From a virus (taxonomy: Duplodnaviria > Caudoviricetes), in the IMG/VR virus record IMGVR_UViG_3300032309_000894, positions 1 to 53,813 of that record: DNA of 53,813 nt; one strand, given 5' to 3'. Each line of letters opens with the position of its first letter. The stretch's first letter is position 1. The notes below the pieces were generated by a model. That model was given only the letters and a program-made list of their open reading frames with translations. It was not told where the DNA came from and did not search any database. Shown here piece after piece: positions 46,770-53,813 of the stretch. The position numbers were made by a program, and so were the translations under genes.

Positions 46770-46828
46770 TTGCCCGGTGACTTGTTTGACGCCTATAAAC
46801 CTTTTTGCGGGCACAGGCTGCATCAGCC
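46770..46828 (+). promoter_or_regulatory. Promoter-like element and leader hairpin
   Basis: cTTGCCC-N18-TATAAA; GGCTG-CAT-CAGCC. Confidence 0.45.
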
Positions 46829-46851
46829 TCTGACATAGCTCTGGAGCGCGC

Positions 46852-47484
46852 ATGTCTTATGTAATGACTTACGACAGTTTGTTGGTGGACGTTCGTCGCT
46901 ACCTTGAGCGCGGTTTTACCGCCGAGAGCGACCAGATCGTCTATGAGCAGCTACCGCGTCTTGTTACGCTGGCACAGCGTCGGATTGCGCGCGAACTCAA
47001 AATTCAAGGCTTCATTCGCCCGGTTCAGACCAGTTTGCAGGTTGGCGTGGCAGTCTATGCCAAGCCAGATCGCTGGCGCGACACGATCAGCATGACCGTC
47101 AACGGCACGCCGATTTTTGCCCGATCCTACGAATATCTGCGTAGCTATTGGCCCAACGAGGCGTCGACCGGCACGCCGCAGTTTTACGCCGATTATGACT
47201 TTCAACATTGGCTGCTCGCGCCCACGCCCAGCACGGCAGGGGTTCTCGAGGTCATGTACTACGAGCAACCTGCCCTGCTCGGAGATGACCTGCAAACCAA
47301 CTGGCTGACGGAGTATGCACCTGACATCCTTCTCTACGCCACGTTGTTGGAGGCTACTCCATTCCTCAAGAGCGATGAGAGGATACAGGTCTGGCAAGCG
47401 ATGTACGACAGGACCGCGCAGGCGCTCACGGGCGAAGATATGAAACGCATCATGGACCGTAGCGCGGCGAGGACCGAGGCATGA
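46852..47484 (+). CDS. Head-tail adaptor-like protein
   Basis: MTYDSL, AQRRIAREL, GTPQFYA, LAPTP, NWL...PD.LLYA.L.EA. Confidence 0.65.
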   Translation: MSYVMTYDSLLVDVRRYLERGFTAESDQIVYEQLPRLVTLAQRRIARELKIQGFIRPVQTSLQVGVAVYAKPDRWRDTISMTVNGTPIFARSYEYLRSYWPNEASTGTPQFYADYDFQHWLLAPTPSTAGVLEVMYYEQPALLGDDLQTNWLTEYAPDILLYATLLEATPFLKSDERIQVWQAMYDRTAQALTGEDMKRIMDRSAARTEA

Positions 47485-48815
47485 CCATTTATCAAGACGT
47501 CTTCGGCGGCGCGAATATCTACCCGAGCGAAATCAGCTACAGCGCAATCGCGCTCAGCGTTGATGTGGTTCTTAGCTGGCCGGAAGAGACTTCCGCGAGC
47601 GAGAACCTCGCCACGAAAATCATCGACGTTACGCCGTCTGCTGCCGGGTTCAGCATCTTCCTGCCCGCCGCCAACAAGACCGGCGTCGGTAACACGATCC
47701 TGTTCAACAACCGTGGTTCCGACACTTTCACGGTTAAAAATTCCGTTGGGACGCAGGTCGTCACGGTGGCCGCAGGCACGCTGTGGCAAGTCTATCTTTC
47801 CGATAACTCGACCGCTGCGGGCGTTTGGCGCTCTTTGCAGTATGGTGCGGCGACTTCCATCGCAAATGCCAGCGCCCTGGCCGGGACCGGCATCGTGGCT
47901 GTCGGCACGCTGCTCAGCCAATCGGTTCCCGTCACCACCTTCAACACCAATTACACGGCGGGCGTTACCGACCGCGCCAAGATGTTCAACTGGACATCTG
48001 CGGGTGGCACTTTCACGCTGCCCGACCCCACGGTGGTCGGCAATAACTGGTTCGTCTATCTGCGGAACAGCGGCACGGGTGCGATTGTCGCAGACCCGCC
48101 CGGCCTTATCACGATCAATGGTGCCCTGTTCCTTTCGTTCCAGCCCGGCGAATCCGCAATCATCGCCTCTGACGGTTCAAATTTCTTCACCATTGGCTTC
48201 GGCCAGTCGGCCACCTTCGCGTTCGATTACACGGTTATCAACATCCCGGGCACGGGCACCTACACTCTCACGGGTTCGGAACTGAACCGTGTGGCGTATC
48301 GTTTTACCGGAACTCTTACCGGAAATCGCACTGTCGTGGTGCCCGCTACCGTGCAGCAGTATTGGGTCGATAACCAAACTACAGGGGCATACACGCTTAC
48401 TATTTCGCCGTCTGGTGGCGGAACCGGTTTTAGCATTACGCAAGGTTCTCGAGCAATTTTGTATTGCGATGGGACCGATATTCTTAACGCCTCGACACAA
48501 GGCGTTTCATTTCCATTATCCGTTGCACAAGGTGGTACTGGCGCAACCACCGCCAGCGCCGCTCGTATCAACTTAGGAGGCACTGCCACAGGCATTGCCT
48601 TGTTCACCGCAGCAGATCAGTCAACGGCCCAGTCAGCACTTGGTGGCACAGCAACGGGTATATCCGTATTTACTGCGGCAAATCAGTCAGCGGCCCAATC
48701 AGCACTAGGCGGCACAACCACTGGCATTGCGTTGTTCACGGCTGCAAATCAAGCTGCCGCATGGACCGCCCTTGGCGTGGCGCAATCCGGTAACATCAAT
48801 GGCGGCACATTCTAA
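47481..48815 (+). CDS. Tail structural protein
   Basis: Beta-rich; three 22-aa LGGTATGI..FTAA.Q repeats; ends NINGGTF. Confidence 0.65.
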   Translation: MTIYQDVFGGANIYPSEISYSAIALSVDVVLSWPEETSASENLATKIIDVTPSAAGFSIFLPAANKTGVGNTILFNNRGSDTFTVKNSVGTQVVTVAAGTLWQVYLSDNSTAAGVWRSLQYGAATSIANASALAGTGIVAVGTLLSQSVPVTTFNTNYTAGVTDRAKMFNWTSAGGTFTLPDPTVVGNNWFVYLRNSGTGAIVADPPGLITINGALFLSFQPGESAIIASDGSNFFTIGFGQSATFAFDYTVINIPGTGTYTLTGSELNRVAYRFTGTLTGNRTVVVPATVQQYWVDNQTTGAYTLTISPSGGGTGFSITQGSRAILYCDGTDILNASTQGVSFPLSVAQGGTGATTASAARINLGGTATGIALFTAADQSTAQSALGGTATGISVFTAANQSAAQSALGGTTTGIALFTAANQAAAWTALGVAQSGNINGGTF

Positions 48816-50653
48816 TGCCAGTAACCACGGTCGTTCTAAAATCCAACGCGGGCATCAAGCGCGACGGAACAAAATTTGAGGGCGACTTCTACGTTGACGG
48901 TCAGTGGGTGCGCTGGCAGCGCGCGTTGCCTCGTAAGATGGGCGGCTATCGCTCGACGCAAAAATACCTGCAAGAGATCAGCCGGGGCTTTTCGACCTTC
49001 ACGCAACAGAATTTTGTCTATTGCCACTCGGGTGGCGCAACCACGCTAGATCGTTTCACGATTGATGCGACTGGCAATAGTTCGATTGTGACCGACCGGA
49101 CGCCCATCGCTGTGGCTGCTACAGGCACAGTGACGCTGACGGGCGGCGCGGCTGGGTCGGTTAACATGATCACGGTTGACGGCGTGAATATCATGTCTGG
49201 GGTGGTGGCTTTTGGCGTTGATCTTGCGACCACGGCAACCGCTGTCGCCGCCAACATCAACGCTTACAGTTCCTCACCGGAGTACACCGCTGTCGCTGTT
49301 GGGCCGGTCATTACGATCAGCGCCGCCATCGGTGCTGGTTCTGACCCCAATGGTTTTGCTGTGACGGTCTCAGCAACCATAATCACATTCACAAAAACCG
49401 ATATGTTTGGCGGTTCGTTTGCGCTGACCAATTCAGCACGCAACATGTGGATGTTCGACTATCAATATGATTCATCCACCAACCAGAACTATCTGATTTC
49501 CCATGTCGCACCCAACGAGCGTTGCATTTGCAATGACGAGGGCGGTCAAATCTTCTTCGGTGAGGTGCTCGGAACCGGCGATCTGAAGTCGATCAGCTTG
49601 CCGCCGGATGCCAATGCTACGGGCGGCATCGTCTCCCTACACCCATACCTTTTCTACTACGGTACGGACGGCATCATCGGCTGGTCGGTGCCGGGCGAGC
49701 CCACCAACTTGACAGGCAGCGGATCGGGCTTGGCGCGCGTCTGGGGCCAGAAGATCATCAAAGGCTTCCCACTGCGTGCCGGTTCTGGCACCGCCCCTGC
49801 GGGCATCTTCTGGGCGTTTGACGCCGTACTGCGCGCCACGTTCACCGGGGGCGCGACGGTCTTCCAGTTCGACGTCATCGCCACCGACACCTCGATCATG
49901 TCGCCGCAGTGCGTCGTGGATTATGACGGCGTGTTTTTCTGGTGCGGCGTTGACCGGTTCATGATGTTCAACGGTGTGGTGCGCGAAGTGCCAAACCAGA
50001 TGAATCTGAATTGGTTCTTTGATGGTTTGAACCAGAACCAGCGCAGTCGGGTGTTTGCCTTCAAAATTCCGCGCTTCGGTGAGGTGTGGTGGTGCTATCC
50101 GCGCGGCGACGCCACCGAATGCACCCATGCTGTGATCTACAACGTGCGCGAAAATTGCTGGTACGACACCGAATTGCCCAATTATGGTCGTTCTGCCGGG
50201 CAATTCAATAACTCGTTTGCCGCCCCGATCCTGACGGGCGTCGAAGACACCGGGTCGGGATACCGGGTCTGGGTGCATGAGCAACTAACCGACGAATATG
50301 ATGGCCCGAACATCCGCCCCATCCTTTCGTATTTTGAGACGGCTGACATCTCACAACTGGTGCAGGGTAAAAACGAATATATCCGCATCACCGCGATTGA
50401 GCCTGACTTTGTTCAAAGCGGCCCGATGACGGTGCAGGTGACGGGTCGAGCGAATGCCCGCGCGCCCGAAGTCTACAGCACGCAGTTTGAGTTTCCTGAA
50501 ACTGCCGGGATGCCGTTCGAGCAGATCGTCATGTTGAAGGAACAACGCCGCGAGCTTCGCGTGCGGTTTGAGAGCAACGCGGTCTATGGTGACTATCAGA
50601 TGGGCCAGATCATCGGCCACATGAGCAGTGGCGATAAGACGGTGCTTGGATGA
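48815..50653 (+). CDS. Tail nozzle/DNA stabilization protein (P22 gp10-like role)
   Basis: 612 aa, beta-rich; GIKRDGT, EVWWCYP, VIYN..E..W; position in the tail module. Confidence 0.65.
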   Translation: MPVTTVVLKSNAGIKRDGTKFEGDFYVDGQWVRWQRALPRKMGGYRSTQKYLQEISRGFSTFTQQNFVYCHSGGATTLDRFTIDATGNSSIVTDRTPIAVAATGTVTLTGGAAGSVNMITVDGVNIMSGVVAFGVDLATTATAVAANINAYSSSPEYTAVAVGPVITISAAIGAGSDPNGFAVTVSATIITFTKTDMFGGSFALTNSARNMWMFDYQYDSSTNQNYLISHVAPNERCICNDEGGQIFFGEVLGTGDLKSISLPPDANATGGIVSLHPYLFYYGTDGIIGWSVPGEPTNLTGSGSGLARVWGQKIIKGFPLRAGSGTAPAGIFWAFDAVLRATFTGGATVFQFDVIATDTSIMSPQCVVDYDGVFFWCGVDRFMMFNGVVREVPNQMNLNWFFDGLNQNQRSRVFAFKIPRFGEVWWCYPRGDATECTHAVIYNVRENCWYDTELPNYGRSAGQFNNSFAAPILTGVEDTGSGYRVWVHEQLTDEYDGPNIRPILSYFETADISQLVQGKNEYIRITAIEPDFVQSGPMTVQVTGRANARAPEVYSTQFEFPETAGMPFEQIVMLKEQRRELRVRFESNAVYGDYQMGQIIGHMSSGDKTVLG

Positions 50654-50883
50654 GACCGAGGGTCACGCTGCCAACTGGCATGGGGCTTAGGGATTGGGCA
50701 GATCAAATTGCGCTTGATCTGGATTCGTTCGGGGCGTTCGGTCGGCTGGACATTGAAGATCAGTGGCAAAACTGGGCCATGCAGTTTATAAACAACATGA
50801 CCCTTAAAGAAAACATGCCAATCCCATACGCTTTTGACAATTGGCACGAATGGGCAGAACGATTCTGCCAAACTTTGGAGTGA
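50650..50883 (+). CDS. Small Trp-rich hypothetical protein
   Basis: Repeated W..WA; ATGA-coupled. Confidence 0.6.
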   Translation: MRPRVTLPTGMGLRDWADQIALDLDSFGAFGRLDIEDQWQNWAMQFINNMTLKENMPIPYAFDNWHEWAERFCQTLE

Positions 50884-50889
50884 TATAGC

Positions 50890-52890
50890 ATGTCGATGCG
50901 CGAACAAATCATGCAGATCGCCCAAAGCGATCCGAAATTCGCCCAGGCGGTGGACGCCATGGAGCGCGCCGTCATCAATATGCCAATCATGCCAGACGAT
51001 CTGGATGAGGGTATTGAGACACTTGAAAAGATTATCAAAAATCCTAACAAGTACGCAGAAATCAGGTCAAAGGCCATTGCCGATGACATGGTCGATGAAG
51101 AGATGCTGCCCGAGCAGTACGACCAAGTTTATATCGTGTCACTGCTCATCGCCCTGTATGGCCTGCAAGATCGCATTTCCAAAAAGGGTTACGCCCGGGG
51201 TGGCTTGACCGTTGCTGCCCGGCAATTGGCCGCGCAGGGTCGAGGCGGCGATACTGAACTGGCACACGTCAACCCGCGCGAAGCGGCGATGCTTCGTCGT
51301 GCTGGTGGTTCGGGAACGATCAACCCAAACACCGGACTTCGTGAATACAAAAGCTGGATTAAGAAAATAAAGTGGGGCAAGGTTTTGGCGGCGGTTGCGC
51401 CCATCGCCCTTAGCTTTATCCCCGGCATTGGCACGGCTATCGGTGGATTTTTGAGCGCGGGGCTGCTTTCAGGCACGGCGGCTAGTGCTTTGGGCGGCGC
51501 GGCTATCGGTGCGGCAGCATCCGCAATCGGTGGCGGTAATCCGCTAGTCGGAGCAGTGACCGGTGGTATTGGTGGCGGTCTCGGTGATGTTTTGGGCGGT
51601 GGCATCAACAGTGCACTTGGCTTGGGTCTATCAGATAGCACTGCCAGTCTTCTTGGCGGTGCGGCGGCTGGTGCCGGTGCTTCCGCACTCCAAGGCCGCG
51701 ATCCGATTACCGGTGCCATTACAGGCGCTGTTGGTGCGGGCATTAGCGGGATGGGCGGTCTTGGGATTGAAAACCCTGACATAAGCCGGGTGGTGGCGGG
51801 AGCCACACGAGGTTTTGGTAATGCCCTTACTGCCGGGCAATCGCCTTCAGAGGCTTTAACGGCTGGCGGTCTTAGCGGTCTTGGTGGTCTTGCTAGTGGG
51901 TTCTTAGGCGCGAACCCGATGGGTTTGCCGACATTAACTTCAACCAGTTTCCTGCCTGGCACCAATGCAATTCCCACGCCTAATGCACTTGCAGCCGCTG
52001 ATGCGTCGGGCAGTGCTGATTCTACGGGTGGCGCGGGCGCGGATACCACCAGTAGTCCGTTAACTCAAATTGCTGATGCAGCAGCTACACAACCCGGCAC
52101 AACCCCGGCAACCGAGGTGGCCGCCGCGCCTGGAACAACACCAGCGTACAATATAGGGGATTATGGTGGAGGCCTCGGGCCAACTACACTTACGGGTGTC
52201 CCGGGCCTAAGCGGTTTGGCTGAAAATCCAAACAACATGGCGACCTATGGTGAAAGTGTTGGGCAAGCAACGCCTCCGGCTTATCGTGACGCCGACGGTT
52301 ACCCTCTTTCTGACACTCTTCCACCCAACCCTCCTGGTGAAGGTAGCACCCTGGGTCGTCTGGCTCCGCTTCTTGCGGGCGGCGCGGCTATTGCGGCATT
52401 GTCTGGCATGGGCTCGTCTAAAACCGCCCCTGCCAACGTGCAGCGAGCGGTTGGAAGTCTACCCGCCAATCAGCAGGCATATATTAACCGCCCGGGTATC
52501 ACATGGGATTGGGACAAACTCTCGGCAGATGCGGCGAGCAGCAACCTCACGCTCGATCAGTATATGGCGCGGAACTGGAACCGAGTTACCAGCGGTGAAT
52601 ATAACAGAGCCCCGGCAATGGCGCAGGGCGGCCTGAATGCTATGTCTCGCTTCGTGCGGGGCGGCGGCACCGGGCGCTCTGATGAAATTGATGCCAAACT
52701 CTCTGATGGCGAGTATGTTATCGACGCTGAAACCGTTGCCATGCTCGGTGATGGATCGAGCAAGGCTGGTGCTAAACGGTTGGATGAAATGCGAGCGTCA
52801 ATCCGCAAACACAAAGGCAAAACCCTAGCCCGAGGTAAATTCAGCCCGGATGCTAAATCGCCGCTCACCTATTTGAAGGGAATTGCCTGA
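50890..52890 (+). CDS. Putative ejection protein with glycine-zipper region
   Basis: YARGG + DTELAH..NPNTGLREY domain; long Gly/Ala hydrophobic tract; MAQGG + SDEI.AKLSDGEYV domain. Confidence 0.65.
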   Translation: MSMREQIMQIAQSDPKFAQAVDAMERAVINMPIMPDDLDEGIETLEKIIKNPNKYAEIRSKAIADDMVDEEMLPEQYDQVYIVSLLIALYGLQDRISKKGYARGGLTVAARQLAAQGRGGDTELAHVNPREAAMLRRAGGSGTINPNTGLREYKSWIKKIKWGKVLAAVAPIALSFIPGIGTAIGGFLSAGLLSGTAASALGGAAIGAAASAIGGGNPLVGAVTGGIGGGLGDVLGGGINSALGLGLSDSTASLLGGAAAGAGASALQGRDPITGAITGAVGAGISGMGGLGIENPDISRVVAGATRGFGNALTAGQSPSEALTAGGLSGLGGLASGFLGANPMGLPTLTSTSFLPGTNAIPTPNALAAADASGSADSTGGAGADTTSSPLTQIADAAATQPGTTPATEVAAAPGTTPAYNIGDYGGGLGPTTLTGVPGLSGLAENPNNMATYGESVGQATPPAYRDADGYPLSDTLPPNPPGEGSTLGRLAPLLAGGAAIAALSGMGSSKTAPANVQRAVGSLPANQQAYINRPGITWDWDKLSADAASSNLTLDQYMARNWNRVTSGEYNRAPAMAQGGLNAMSRFVRGGGTGRSDEIDAKLSDGEYVIDAETVAMLGDGSSKAGAKRLDEMRASIRKHKGKTLARGKFSPDAKSPLTYLKGIA

Positions 52891-53813
52891 TGGCTAGTCT
52901 GTTTGAGGGCACGCCGCAAACCGCAACCTCTTACGTCACGACGACATCTGAACTGCCAAAATGGCAGCAGGATGCGCTGTATAATCAGGTTCAATGGGCT
53001 ACTAATACAGCTAACCGACCCTATACACCTTATACAGAACCAACGGTTGCATACTTTGCCCCGCAGCAGATGCAGGCGTACGACCTCGTAAACAAGAACG
53101 TCGGCGCGTGGCAGCCCGACATGAATTATGCCACTGCTGGCATGAAAGACTTTTCCGGTAGGGGAACGGCAGAACAACTGCAAGCCGGGCAGGCTCCTTA
53201 CCTTCGGCCAGATTTGGTCGGTTCAAACCTCGGTGCTGGGCAGTCATTATACAACCAAGCCGCCGGAATGGATATTTCAGGGTCTGCACAACCTTATTTA
53301 CAGCGGGCTGGGTCTCAAGATCTTTTGGGATCAGCCCAACCGTATATTGGTCAAGCCGCCTCTCAAAACCTCATGGGGGCCGCGCAACCTTATCTCAACC
53401 AAGCCGCATCGCAAAATATTACAGGGGCAGCGCAGCCTTATCTCAACCAAGCCGCATCGCAAAATATTACAGGAGCCGCGCAACCTTATCTTAATCAAGC
53501 TGCGTCTCAAAATATTACAGGGGCGGCGCAGCCTTATCTCAATCAAGCCGCGTCTCAAAATTTTGTAGGAGCGGCCCAGCCTTATTATCAACGTGCCGAA
53601 TCTCAAAATATTGCAGGTGCGGCTCAACCTTATCTTGATCGAGCCGCGTCGCAAGATATTACAGGTGCCGCTCAGCCTTATTTTCAACGATCTGCGTCTC
53701 AAGATATTTTAGGGACAGCTCAACCTTATCTTAATCAGTCTGCAATTCAAAATATTGCAGGCGCAGCTCAACCGTATTTTCAGCGTTCTGCGTCTCAAGA
53801 TATTTTAGGGACA
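52890..53813 (+). CDS. 5' part of the giant repeat protein (MASLFEGTPQ...), continues at base 104
   Basis: TGATG coupling to the upstream gene; open to the window end; missing from the ORF track. Confidence 0.85.
   Translation, partial: MASLFEGTPQTATSYVTTTSELPKWQQDALYNQVQWATNTANRPYTPYTEPTVAYFAPQQMQAYDLVNKNVGAWQPDMNYATAGMKDFSGRGTAEQLQAGQAPYLRPDLVGSNLGAGQSLYNQAAGMDISGSAQPYLQRAGSQDLLGSAQPYIGQAASQNLMGAAQPYLNQAASQNITGAAQPYLNQAASQNITGAAQPYLNQAASQNITGAAQPYLNQAASQNFVGAAQPYYQRAESQNIAGAAQPYLDRAASQDITGAAQPYFQRSASQDILGTAQPYLNQSAIQNIAGAAQPYFQRSASQDILGT
53283..53813 (+). repeat. 48-nt (16-aa) coding tandem array, units 1-11
   Basis: Manual translation. Confidence 0.95.
53711..53813. repeat. Terminal overlap, identical to 1-103
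   Basis: Exact match. Confidence 0.95.

Noticed and set aside
53711-53813. Biological direct terminal repeat
   Set aside because: It falls mid-gene inside a tandem array, so an assembly overlap is more likely; the mirror match between the two arrays supports the join as given
1-53813. tRNA genes, integrase, alternative genetic code
   Set aside because: No cloverleaf or recombinase motif noticed by eye; standard-code ORFs tile the genome using all three stop codons

Overview
This window looks like a complete, circular ~53.7 kb genome of a short-tailed (podovirus-like) dsDNA phage. Bases 53711-53813 duplicate 1-103. No integrase was recognised, so it is probably lytic. Promoter shapes weakly suggest an alphaproteobacterial host. 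The minus-strand arm (6.6-25.3 kb) holds early and replication genes: RuvC, a Cas4-like nuclease, SSB, Sak4, PolB, dCTP deaminase, primase-helicase, an SF2 helicase, a VUT/TGT-like/PAPS-reductase cluster, a metallophosphoesterase and a beta-clamp-like protein. The plus-strand arm (25.9 kb through the junction to 6.6 kb) holds terminase, portal, GroES, capsid, tail, lysis and ejection proteins. Most notable observations: (1) a ~1295-aa protein crossing the junction with two different 26-unit repeat arrays whose variants co-vary in mirror order, implying a paired antiparallel hairpin ruler; (2) a [YMF]xxGG motif repeated 12 times in four late proteins, a candidate processing or packaging signal; (3) a pseudoknotted RNA candidate after the capsid gene; (4) a 9-copy 12-mer array before terS; (5) a candidate salvage-type deazaguanine DNA modification module. 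All product calls come from motif recognition by eye, not database searches.
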